DNA of 64,000 nt from the NCBI RefSeq assembly GCF_037042905.1, contig NC_087246.1, forward strand, positions 33,914,001 through 33,978,000, written 5' to 3'. This document shows positions 12,176 to 24,688 of this stretch, in pieces. The DNA comes from Lytechinus pictus. Its lineage: Eukaryota. The notes under the pieces were generated by a model that ran no database searches, was not told the DNA's origin, and saw only the letters and a program-made list of their open reading frames with translations. A program made the translations under genes and the position numbers. Positions within the stretch are counted from its first letter, which is position 1. Each line of letters starts with the position of its first letter.

Positions 12176-12659
12176 ACCCGGGGAAGGGGGGGGGTTGGGG
12201 CCCGTTACATTGACGAGTGGATACCATGCGCGACCAAAATACACGTAAAAAGGATGTCTTTTTCAAGATACGTGACGTGATAAGGGTGTAAAAAACACTA
12301 AAATAATGAAAAAAGGGTATCTATCTCGTTAGGAAAGTTACGTCGTGTTTAGGGTCAAATTTGCGGGGATGATAAAAATTAAAATGTTTCATAAAAGATG
12401 TCCTTTTCCCCAAAACATTATGTGTTTAGAGTCCGATTTGCTCGAGGTGTGGGGCCGGTGTGTAAAGGTAAAACCGACCACCGAATAAAATATCGCTGTA
12501 CTTGTTATTAAGGGGTTCATTTCAGGGATTACTTCCCAAGAGTATCGTTTTATTTCCAATAATTGTTTAGGGTAGGGTTTCACACGTCAATACTTGTTAA
12601 GGGGTGCATTTTCAGAATGGTATCCACTCGTCAATGGAAGTGCCCCCCCCCCCCCCCGG
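12176..12659. mobile_element. Non-autonomous element with CCGGGG/CCCCGG termini
   Basis: G-run and C-run ends, flanked by the direct repeat ACGTCAT (12169-12175, 12660-12666). Confidence 0.65.
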
Positions 12660-12815
12660 ACGTCATTCCATTTGAAGACGAGGGAGGAGGGGGACAGCCA
12701 GGAGTTGAGGACGGCGAAGAAATAGAAGAGGGAGAAAAGAAATCTTAACTAGAAGGGGAAAAATAGAATGAAAGAGAAAGAAAAATAATAAGGAATGAGA
12801 GGAAGGAGAAAGAAA

Positions 12816-13405
12816 CAAGTGGAATGCCTCTGGCCGTCTCACCTGCATCACGCGATTCAATATAGCAGCAGTGCTGATTTTGAAAACTACTATAACTCGC
12901 ACAAGATGTTCAGTGATACTTGGCTACTCTTATTTCCTCGTTTTATAAACTAGACTAATACACTTATAGAGATATGATGGTAATTCAACAAATACCCCCA
13001 ATTTGTCCAAAGTTCATTGACCCTAAATGACCTTTGACCTTGATCATGTGACCTGAAACTTGCACAGGATGTTCAGTAATACTTGATTACTATTATGTCC
13101 AAGTTTCATGAATCAGATCCATAAACTTTTAAAGTTATGATGGTAATTCAACAGATATCCCCAATTCGGCCAAAGTTCATTGACCCTAAATGACCTTTGA
13201 CCTTGGTCATGTGACGTGAAACTCATGCAGGATGTTCAGTGATACTTGATTAACCTCATGTATAAGTTTCATGAACTAGGTCCATATACTTTCTAAGTTA
13301 TGCTGTCATTTCAAAAACTTAACCTCGGGTTAAGATTTGGTGTTGAAGCCGCCGTCGCCGGAAAAGCGGCGCCTATAGTCTCACTCTGCTATGCAGGTGA
13401 GACAA
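12816..13405 (+). mobile_element. Helentron/DINE-1(HINE)-like element, same family as 232-1325
   Basis: Subterminal inverted repeat GTCTCACCTGCAT/ATGCAGGTGAGAC, terminal hairpin, internal ~160-bp TGACCTTTGACC units, inserted in an A-rich site. Confidence 0.7.
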
Positions 13406-16400
13406 TAAAAAGGAAACGAAAACATGTGGAGATGATAATTAATTTGAAGCTAACACTGCAGTGCTAAATGTGAACAAAATAACTTGGTCCAAAACACATC
13501 ACATAAACTCACAATACCATATCACATATTCATCTACCACTACAGGATGCATACCACTGAGACACGGGGGGGGGGGGGGGGGGGGGGACAATTTGAGTTT
13601 ATCAACATTTGAAAACACAGAACACAATGAAAACATATATTGTATTTACACACCTGAAACAGTGATTCAACATCATGTTTCATTTATTCATTTCATTCTT
13701 CAGCATCTTGAGAGTTTAACATAATTTATCTTATAATCACTTGCATCTTCATGAAAAATGAGAGAATATTTTAGCTCAGTTTTCACACATATTTCTCTAA
13801 GGGTAAATAATGTCTAATTTACACTGCTCTTTGTACAGTCTCCCACCCTGACAGTTGCCTGCACGACAATGCTGGTGATTCACACTTTGATAGGTTGGAG
13901 ATGATTGTGTATAAATGATAGTACATAGAATTTTGATCTCTGTTTTTTTATCGCTGTCAAATTAGTTAAATATCAAACTTGGCAATTGGTCCCCACTAAC
14001 CCATTGAATTCAACCTAGAAAGAAGAAATTTCACAGCAGTTTAGTCAAATACATTTGTACTAGTAAAAATGTCTTTATCATCTAAAATTTTGTAGGATTT
14101 ACCATAACTGTACACTATCCTCAACAGTTGGATCCTTATCATCTGATTTGTACATGTACAAGCAATGGGTCCACCATGTTTACACATTTGGTAGTATTTC
14201 TATTGTATACCCAGTGGTCACTTTGAGGGAATGTATGGTAAGAGTACAAAAGCTTTCATCTACTGGGTGGGCGTTTCATAAGGCTGTTCAAAAGATACAA
14301 TTGACTTTACAAATGACAGTGAAAGCTCTTGTGCAACCAGTATGATAAATGAGAATAATAGTACCAAAGAAAATACCCCCAGTTGTTCTTAAAGTAATTT
14401 GTAACTTACCAATAGTTTTGTGAGCCTCCCCGTCCATATTTCTCTCCTGGGCATGGAGTAGCAAATTAAAGTGCTCAATCATTTATTTATGACACCGCCA
14501 CACTGGTGTTAATGCGGATTAAGCATTTGTAAGTAATACTTTCCCCTTAAATTGATCAAATTTGTGTTACCATGGCAAGCGATAAAAAATCTTAAAAGAC
14601 CCACTCATTAATACTGTAAGTTGGAAAAATCATCACTTATACATTTTCAAGTTTCTTCATATTATATCCGTGTAATGCTTTACTTTCATCATAATTATTC
14701 TTCTTTCCTTTATTTGCTGCTACAGATATTCTTACAGAATCAAGAACGTGTGATTTTAAACTCGTCCAACATTTTCTTATCACATGTTTACATTTAATAA
14801 ATTACAAGCCAATCTGAAAGACTACTGGAATGACTATTTTTATTATGTGTTTTAGTTCTACAGTATTCACTCAGTGAAATGAATGTGTGGCTACACAGCA
14901 AATAAAGAAATCAGATAACGTACATTTTACTTCAAATTATGCCAGAAAATGTAGTATTCATATTAATCACATGATGGAAAAATCCTACAAAGTTAACAGA
15001 CATGTTTTAACTGGAATTATTTCAGAATAAGAAGAGCTTCATTGACACTAAAGATAAAACAATTTTGCAGTTTATTGACCACTTTACCAATTTGAGATTC
15101 CCATCACACTTTTCAAACATTTAAACTTTGTCATTATTCATGAAATTTTGTTAAAATTTTCAATAATCTGTTTCTCTGATTTTTTTGGTTTCCTTCAAAG
15201 TAATTTACAAGGGTTGGATTGCCCTTTAAACAATAATTCACTCGCCCTCTACCTTTAACCTCATATGATCAGAACTGTAGCCAAAGGTCAATAAAAATGC
15301 CTTCACTCATTCTTAAGCATTACTACATTAATGCAATATTTGACCAAAGTGTAATGGAATCTATTCATACCATCATTCTCCAAGTAATCATGGAAAGAAT
15401 AAGTGGGACAAACAGATGGACTGACAAACAAAATGCCCCCAGCAGGCCATCGCCTTTGTTGGCCGACGCATACAACATACTAGATTACATCATAAATTGT
15501 CTTAAAGAAGACCTTAACAGCGTAATTTCAAGGATTTAGAACAGTGCTCCAAAATTGGTATACCTATAAATAGTATATGGAAGCAAAGCCATGGCCTGTA
15601 TTAAAGATCATTCAATTTAGTTTATGAGAAAAATGTATTGTAACCAAATTCTCTCCAAGATAATCTGAACTCATCTTGGAGGCGTTTCACAAAGAGTGTT
15701 GGACTAAAATTGGTACTTGAATTCCCATTTGCATGTACAATATAACGCATCAGCTCATTGGTCAGATTATGCACAGGGTGAGTGTGCTACCAAGTATCCA
15801 TCAATGACACAAAGCGTTAAACAACATGTGCACGTTTGCGTCTAAGTTTGACTTTCAGTCACACTTAAATCTTTGTGTAACACCACTCTGGTGATATATG
15901 AATTACACAAACGTTTTCATTAAAAAATCAAATCTCCAGGATTGTTAAGACATCGCCATTAATTTTGAGGGTAAATAAAGAGCATTTTCTGGAAATAAAA
16001 AGCTCCATAATTCATTCAATTGTGCTCAAAATCATAAATAGAATTGTTTGCTTCACAATATGCATGGATGTCAAGGCATATAATTAAAAAAATGGAAATG
16101 TCATTATAGGTTTATAGATGCATTCTGTCTGTTCTGTTCGTATCACAATGAATCCATTTGCGATACATTTACATGCATTCATTGGAAACTGGAGTGGATT
16201 GGTCATTAGTACTTTTTCTTCACCTATATCATGAAAAGCAATGTCTCTGAGCACGACATTTAGGTAATTCTAACCAAACCAACATATTTCTCATTATTAT
16301 GAAGCAGTAATAGGCTAATGAAGAAAAAGATTGAAATTACTTCCATGCGATGTGTATCAAACTAAATAATTACGGAGGGTTGACCAAAATGGCCTCTCAT

Positions 16401-16614
16401 CCTGTGTATATCATAATCGTATAAATGTCATATCCGTGGCTAAAACCTTACAGGTATATAGCATAGTAAACAAAGTGTTGGCTGAGTTACAACCCCCTTA
16501 TCATGGACAAACAAATGACATAAAAGAAAGTAAATTATATCCATGCAATATGCAGGGAAATAATTAATTACAGGGGGTTAACCAGAATGGCCTCTCGTCC
16601 TGTTTAATGTCACT

Positions 16615-16914
16615 CTATTCATACTGTGCCCTGCAAATGGGGCACTCATAGTCTCCTTCTGGTGGCTTGGTTAAAGCGACGCACTGCAGATGCATCCACC
16701 TCCCACAAACATCACACTGGGTCCATGTATTAAACTTCTTTTGCACATTTCCTTTCGCACCTTTTCCAAGACACTCAAGCATGTCACAGACCTTTCTTTG
16801 ATTTACTGGTGCCACTGCGTGGCTCAGGAGAGCATTCCACACATATATGCGCATTGCTGCAGCATAATGTCCAACAGTAGGAGGATCTATTCCTTGTACC
16901 ACAGCTAGTGCATT
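16615..16914 (-). CDS. Last exon of the MULE gene: PHD finger
   Basis: CDMLEC..WTQCDVCGRWMHLQCV..YECPIC (C4HC3). Acceptor TTCTAG|AAT at 16914 is phase 0 and joins the Ulp1 exon in frame. Confidence 0.75.
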   Translation of the reverse strand, partial: NALAVVQGIDPPTVGHYAAAMRIYVWNALLSHAVAPVNQRKVCDMLECLGKGAKGNVQKKFNTWTQCDVCGRWMHLQCVALTKPPEGDYECPICRAQYE

Positions 16915-17324
16915 CTAGAAGAGAATGAATTAAAATATATTCCACATTAAAGTCATTGTTAGATCTTATTACATATATTGACCTTAAAGATAAACTTTAT
17001 TCTATTAATGAAATTTCATTACAAAATAAACTGGTTCAGGGCACTCACTAAATGTTAATTATACACTGCATTTTGTCTGCCTCTCCAATATTCCTCCCAG
17101 GCCCCTACAGCTCCACCTTTTTGTCAAGATCCATTAGACGGCCAACCTCAGCACCCATCAATATCCATGAGCAAAAATGGAAAATTGATTTTGTAAGATA
17201 ATTCAAAGGAGTACCCTGCATCTACTCAGGGTACTGAAAACAATGGGCAATAAATCATTAAATGCCTAATAATAGTTGCAACAAATGTGCATTAAATCAA
17301 AGCATCATAATGAAAGTGATAAGC

Positions 17325-18737
17325 CAAGGCTCCACATTAACTTTTTTTGGTGGTGGCCCGTTCGGGCCACCAAAACCATCAAATAATTTTTTTTGGTGGC
17401 CCGATATTAAAGTTTGGTGGCCCGAAAAATATAAAGAAAAACATTAAAAATGAATAAAACAAACTTCTGAATTTATTCTGCAGCCACTACCACTAAGTTC
17501 CTTTCACTTTATACATCTTAGTGTAGTAGGTTTCACGGTACACCATGTATCTTTCTTGGGCATATGTTGGTCCTGAAAAGGACCACCCAATCTCGACGTT
17601 TCGACAAGTGTGTTCTTGTCGTCCTCCTGAGGAGGAAGAAGCCATTACATATATTTTCAACAGCTGTGGCAACAGTCTATTCTGACTGGAATATAATTAA
17701 AAGCCAAGCATATAATTTTCACTTACCTTTTGGGAATGGCACATTTCTATTTTTATATCCTTTAGTTTGTATTATTTTATTTTCAGTAGAAACATATTTT
17801 TTAATCAGGCATATTCAATGGGAAGGGGTATAAATGGTTTAACCACTGTCAAAAAAAAATGAAAGAAAAAAAAAGAAAACGGAAAAAACTATATTGGAAA
17901 AAAAGTGTGAGAAAAGTCCTTCCCTATATTTGCCAAAATGTTGGGAAAAAAAATCACATTTCATATCAATGAAATGCCTTCCCAAAGTATTTACTTTCTC
18001 AAGAGTGGTTTAAGAAGTCATTTATAAACAAGAAAGAAAGAAACTGTCTGTTTGTTTAAGGCTAGAAAATACACAGCTTCGAAAGAAACCAAGTATCAAC
18101 ATACATACAAATGCACACGTGGGACTGTGATGTACTTGCCTATGTGTTTTTATGTGTATTAATTCATGTGGAAATCGGTCTTTTTTAGTCAAAAGAGAGG
18201 TCATAATTCCTCTTCTTAATACTTGCAAATAATCAGGGTACACCAGATTTTCGTAATATAGACTGTAGAATTTCATTTCATTGGTGTAAAAGGTGACTTT
18301 GACTTAGATTTTCAAAGTTCTGTGGAAGATTTCTCAGCAGCAACATTTTTTATCGCAGCTCCTCGAGTCTGAATAGGCTGAGCTGGATCTAGAGCACAGC
18401 TGTATGCAGTGGCTTCATGCAAAGCTCACGCCAGCCGGCCGGCGCGGCTGGCTGGATAATAGCTACTGTATGCTATAGCTGTAGGCCTAATATGCAAACT
18501 GTGTGTGTGTGTATTTGTGTGTAGATCAACAAAAAAGGCGCATGACGAACTGGCTTGCAATTTGAGCTGTAGAAAGTTGATAAATGCGTGCAAAATTGGG
18601 AGAAAAATTGCGCTACTTTGAAAATTATTGGTTGCCCGATTCGGGCCACCAAAACTTAACATTTTATCAATAATGGTTGCCCGAGGTGAATTTTTGGTGG
18701 CCCCGGGCCACCGGGCCACCGCTAATGTCGAGCCCTG
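17325..18737. mobile_element. Non-autonomous TIR element with 7-bp TSD (P/hAT-like CA..TG ends) in a MULE intron
   Basis: Imperfect TIR CAAGGCTCCACATTAAC / CAGGGCTCGACATTAGC, subterminal GGTGGCCC motifs, TSD GATAAGC (17318-17324, 18738-18744). Confidence 0.8.
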
Positions 18738-18873
18738 GATAAGCACAAGAAGTATGATTGCAATGATATCCGATGCTTAGGTTGGCCTTCAAATGATCTG
18801 AAAGAGGTGGGCCTAATGCCATTGGCGTAATGACATCTGTCCGTGCTGCATTTCATCTTGTAAGTTTATTTAA

Positions 18874-19472
18874 AGGACAAGTCCACCCCAACAAAAACTT
18901 GATTTGAATAAAAAGCGAAAAATTCAACAACCATAACACTGAAAATTTCATCAAAATTGGATGTAAAATAAGTTATGGCCTTTAAAGTTTCGCTTCATTT
19001 CACAAAACAGTTATATGCAAAATTGCATATCTCGGTCAGTATGCAAATGAGGAACTGATGACATCACTCTCTCACTATTTCTTTTGTATTTTATTATATG
19101 AAATATTTTTATTTTTCTCATCATTGTCATGTGAAATGAAGTTTCATTCCTCCCTGAACACGTGGAATTCCATTATTTTAACATTTTGTGCTTCAGGCAA
19201 GGAGGTCGAAATCGTCACATTCGTAAAAATTGAAATATTGTATAATTCAAACAATAAAAAACAAAAGAAATAATGAGTGAGTGACATCATCGACTCTCTC
19301 ATTGGGATGTAACTGGCTCGTTCATATAACTATTTTGTTAAAACTAAGCGAAACATTGAAATGTCATAACTTTCTAATTTTACATCCGATTTTGATTAAA
19401 TTTTAAGCATTGTTCTTGTCTGATTTTTCTCTATTGATTCAAATCAACATTTTTCTGAGGTGGACTTGACCT
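18874..19472. mobile_element. Kolobok-like MITE (TTAA target)
   Basis: TTAA|AGGACAAGTCCACC...GGTGGACTTGACCT|TTAA. Related copies are at 40637-41208, ~23179-23390 (partial) and 35629-43933 (split). Confidence 0.8.
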
Positions 19473-20243
19473 TTAATTTTCTATGATTCCTTTACTTATA
19501 TCCAGATAATTCTGGATCATCATGTGTCACTACAAGATTAAGATATCACTGACCTAGCTATGATGCATATATGCACTAGGTCTCATGAAACTGAAATTCA
19601 CAAGACTACATATCCCATCGCCCAATGACCTGTGACCTATGAACTTTAACCCCAAAATCTAAACAAGATTATTTATTCATGGTGATTCATTCTTGTGGTT
19701 TACTTATCATATATGAAAGCTAGATAATGTACATGAAATGAAAAGAAACAGAAATATAATTTATTTTGGGGGTATTTATATAGAAAGGGTTTGTCAGGCT
19801 CATGATATCTCCCAAGCACTTTACAAATTTATCATTATCATGGTCACAACTTAGCCATAAGAAATACACACATATTTTGTACCCATTTTGTACTTGGCAT
19901 GCAGAGAGTGCCAAATGTGGAGTTGCATCGTGCTATAGTATTCTAATGTAAAGGTAAAACATTAAGCTCTCAACCTTTCGATAGAAAGTGAAGTAAATAA
20001 ATGACTATACCGCAATATCTTGACATATTGCTATGGGGAAAGAAGAATTATGGAATTCAATGAAACCTAGTTTGCAACAAGTACTTGTCAGTTTGTTACA
20101 GCTGCTTAAAAAATCTACTACATGATAAAGGTTCAATATCAATTTCAGTTACGTTTTCTTCATTATAATTCAATTTACCTGACCTCTAATTGATGATTCA
20201 TTAGTATATCAAATAGATTAACTTTACAAAGTATTATTCTCAC

Positions 20244-20364
20244 CAGCATGACAAATGCCCCACAAGAATGACTATCTGTCTGCTTGGCAGATTTAAGATG
20301 CCCGATCGTCCATTCTTTGCCATGGAGGTCACCGGTTTCTATGCCTCTGTGTTGCATGTAGCTT
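20244..20364 (-). CDS. MULE gene exon with Ulp1/SENP (peptidase C48)-type catalytic Cys motif
   Basis: CAG| ...WTIGHLKSAKQTDSHSCGAFVML |GTGAGA; Q-x-D-x-x-S-C-G-x-F-V motif. Confidence 0.7.
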
Positions 20365-21621
20365 CTGTGATTATAAACAAACAGAAAAAGATAATTCTAC
20401 AAGCAGTACATTTTCATTTGGATGACATTAAGAAAAAAAGTACTGGGCAATTCCACAGGTTGGTGAAAAATTGCAAATTTAGCATTACAAATTTCAACTA
20501 TTCTTTTTTTGTCCTGCAAAAACCATGAAATTTGTGGAATCATATCAAAGTAAATCTGTTACCAATCTTTAAAATCTACAAAGTCAATGGACTCATAATT
20601 TGAGCCATTTTCTTGCTAAAAGTTTGAAAAGGGCTATGATGTAACAGTGCCTGTGGGGATAAACAACCTTGGAACATGTAAGATTTAAATAAAATTTGAT
20701 CTTCAATGTTCCACAAACCATGTTCCATTGTGGAAATACAAAACAAAACCAATATGCTGAAAGTTGTTAATGAAATCATTTTCATGTACAATATGAAACC
20801 TGATGCCTCAAAACCAATTAGTCACTAAATTTTTATTTTATTCTATTTTTATTTACTTCCATTTTATTACTATTATTATTTTTTTTTTTTGGGGGGTCGC
20901 TAATCTGAAACCCGAATTTCCAAGCTGTCAAATGATATATATAACACTTTCACTCAAGTTTACTAGAAATTATATAAAACTCATGCTGAAATATTATTTA
21001 CAGCTGTCAATGACATCTATATGCGGACATACTTTGTAACTCCTGTGTCAAGCTGCAATGGAAATATTACAATATATTGCAAATTCATAGGCACACACAT
21101 CTCACATTTCTCAGTTGTCTTTGTGCCATTGATCACCTAACATACTGCCAAACAACCTGAAAGGCATATCTTTGGGGCTAGGGATAGCAACTACTGATAC
21201 AGACAATTTATATGTCATGAAAATTTTGATAATTGCTGAAATCTTCAGCAAAATTTGAAATAAATCCCAGTTCAAGGGGGGGGGGCATGACACCATAAAC
21301 ACCATGCAGAATCTATTACTTTAATCTTATGTTGCCTCAATTGAGAGATGAATAGGTTATTTAGGGGCATTTCACTGTATATATATATATAAACCTGAAA
21401 ATGAGAAAGGCACATATCATATGTACATATATAATTATTTTCCAGGTGGAAAACCAAAACAATCGCATATATGTTTAGCAATAATCCTGATTTTTAGCCT
21501 ATATTTCAGAGACAAAAGCATTGAAAGTATGCAATATAAGATTCACATATATTCAACAAGTGGAAAAAAATTATAGAAAATGATATATTTCTATAAGAAA
21601 TATTTATGCATATAATTATAC

Positions 21622-24535
21622 CTTAAATTCAGGGAATCTCAGAACTTCTTTCATAAGTATTCTCGCCGGACATCCCTTCTTCCTTGATCCCTGAAGCCTC
21701 CTCCGTCTCTTCTTTGACCTTGGATGATCACTCTAAAATTGAAATTAAATAGAATACTGTATTAATTTTCATTCCAATTCAATAATTAAAACCATTACCA
21801 ATTCAATTTACAAAAAAATATGCCTATATTCATGTCACAAGCAGTGTGTTACGATGTGTCCATCATAACATAACAAACAAAATAACAAATGTCAACAGAT
21901 TCCTTTGGTTGGTTCAAATATATGTACATACCTAATTAGTGTATGGCTTCAGTAGTGATGATGTTAATGCTTTAGTGTTTAAAGCTTTGTATGTTCAGCG
22001 CATGTTCAGTTATAAATTTTCCAGTCATTTTTGTGTGTTCAGCTTTTAACATTGATAAATCATGTACTCATAATTTTCATGTGCTCGATTGTCCATTATA
22101 TAAACATGAATTTAGTTTGACATAATACTCTTTCAGCACCGCTTTGTTCGAATTACCCGATAGATATTTCATTTGTACATTATTAATGTTTTTGAGAACG
22201 ATACATCATTCTTCGTCTTCTTCTTAATATCATTATCATTCTTTTTCTTCTTCATTGTCTGTTCTTCTCCTTCGATTATTTCCCTTCTTCCTTTTTTCTT
22301 CTCCTCCCCTCCTCTTCACCTTTCAATGATTCCTTTGTAATATTTCATTGATGCTTCTGTTTATTCTAACAATTTTTTTTCATTTATTGTTCGCTCAAAA
22401 CTGCTTTTTTAACATTATATTATGTTCCACATGGCCCCAATAGCAATCAGTCTGTAAACTGTTTGGGCTTTTTAATCGTGTATAAATAAAATCAATCTTA
22501 TGTTATCTAATGAATACAGTTGCAGTCACGCTCAAACTTGTGTTGATTTTAGCACATTTTAACACATTTCCCCGAGTAAACAGTTGTCAAATTATAAGCC
22601 ATCTTTTTCACATCCCATATTAGTAGGCCTATACTTCTTTAAGCATACATGTAGGTCAACAAGAGCCCCTGGAGGCAGGATTTCACCCGGATTTCACAAT
22701 CTTCCCATTGGGCAGAGGCGTTCATCCCACCAATGAAAATATTGAGGGGGGGGCAAACATATCGGTTCCCCCCCAATAATTCTGCATGTTCTACTGAAAA
22801 CCTGTACAGAAAACCTTGCAGAATTATGAAAATGTTTTGCCAACATGTTCAATATTTTGTGTTCACACACACATTACTACCCCCACCCCCCTTAGACTTT
22901 GGACTTACCTTTAGTTCTTCCTCTCTAGCGGTTTTCTGTCTATAAGCAGCGCATTGGTTTTTATTGCGCCCATACATACAATTCATTTTGTATGTACCAA
23001 CATGAACAATGATGAAAGGCACTCCATCATCTGGAATTACTGATGACGATGTCTCACCTACATCATGAAACCTCACTAGGCCTAGATGGTTTACACCTTT
23101 GAAAGAAATAAAACAGTAATTATGAAATTGCTGCCTATTTGATAAGATTGACTTGGAAGCTGTAAATCATGAACTTAAAGGTCAAGTCCAGCTTAGAAAA
23201 AGTTTATTTGAATAAATAGACAAGAATCAAACTAGAATAACGCTAAAATTTTATCACATCAAATGTAGAATGATAAAGTTATGCCATATTAAAGTTTCGC
23301 TTAATTATTTTTCAAAAAACAGTTTAATGCTCAAAAAAGTGATATGCAAATAAGAAAATCGATGTCACTCACTATTTCTTCTATTTACTGCAGCGCTTCT
23401 CAACCTTTTTTTACTCGAGGACCACTTTGACTCTCAAATTTTTTTTGAGGCCCACGTATTATGTCAATGTAGATTATTCTCTGTAACCATGGAAACTGTT
23501 ATTAGATCCTAGTACAAAGATACTTGAAGGGGAAGATCGGACACTTCCACGATTTTTTGAAACGCCCGATAAATCCTTATTTAGGACGCCCATTAAGGGC
23601 GCCCACTTGAGTTGAGTAAGTAAACCCTCGCATATTATTGGCACGCGACAGTGTAAAACAATATATTTATGGGGAAAATGAGAGAAGGGAGTTTGGAGAC
23701 GGCTCAAGGGTGGCGCATGGAAATAATTCCACGTTTTATTTCCAAGAAACCTCAGAAAATATATTTATCTCAAATTGAAGGGGGAAATAATTGAGAAAAA
23801 AATTGAAATGTAAAAATCATCAATTCCTTCAACCCTTCACCATTTCTCTCAATATGTTTTGTAAGGTCAAAAAAGGTTGTTAGTTACTCAACACAGTAGC
23901 CTGTAGGGCACTCTTCTCGAGCATTTCATTACATGGTCTATGTACCGGTACTGTCCGATCTTCTGCTTGTAGTATCTTTGAATAGTAGTAGATCTAGATA
24001 TCTTTATTTAAGGCAAGTAGTACTAACGTAGTAGTAGTACCGTATGTGACACAGTCAATGAAAGACGACAGTTTTAACGTTACTCCCCTTTAACGTTAGG
24101 CCTAACAAAATGAAAATTCTTTAACAATCTGCTGCATGCATGCGATATTTCTGCAGAAAGTTCATAGAAAGTTCATGAAATGATAAAGTTCTTAATAGGC
24201 AAAGAGCTGCATTGTAAAGGCGGTAGAATAGTACATTTTAATCCAACCATTATAACTAACAAGTTGGGCATACCATTTTGAGGAACATCATCTAACGTTA
24301 GAGCATCCTTCTTAGCGTCAGGCCGAGGCCCCGGCTCGGTGGCATTGCCATTGTACCACTTGTAGAGATCGAGATGGAGTCCGAAGTTTGGGCTCTTCCT
24401 CTCGCCAACAAATTTACCCCTATCCACTTCATACAGTTTAATGAAATGTTCCGCTTCACCTAATGAAGAGACCCAACCATTAATATGTTGGTTTGGGTCC
24501 TCCCGAGACCATACATTCGTCCAGGAATCCTCCAT
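21622..24535 (-). CDS. MULE gene 5' exons (24274-24535, 22909-23096, 21622-21732): CaRF/ALS2CR8-like N-terminal domain
   Basis: GT-AG junctions with consistent phases (1, 0). The joined peptide contains IPDDGVPFII..CMYG..KKGCPARILMKEVLRFPEFK, which resembles the CaRF domain as I recall it. Confidence 0.7.
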
Positions 24536-24688
24536 GACGACAGTCGACGTGACAGAGTCTCACATGTCTCGCTCGATTCTAAATTGGCGCGCGTTTTATA
24601 CGTCATGAATATTCATGTCCGTATGCTACCGGCAGTTTACTCATGAATATTAATGACCTGCCGGATCGACGCCAATATAGTCTCTACC

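Larger units (their letters stand above)
10753..24688 (-). mobile_element. Mutator-like (MULE) DNA transposon, 13,936 bp, probably non-autonomous
   Basis: Perfect 49-bp TIRs (10753-10801 / 24640-24688, GGTAGAGACTATATTGGCGTCGATCCGGCAGG...) and a perfect 9-bp TSD TACAAATAA (10744-10752, 24689-24697). The array sequence resumes seamlessly after it. Confidence 0.92.

Noticed and set aside
20576-21305. Additional Ulp1 exons (catalytic His/Asp) between the CaRF-like and Cys exons
   Set aside because: Candidate AG/GT-bounded segments contain stops or lack a convincing HW motif, so I could not support them by eye.
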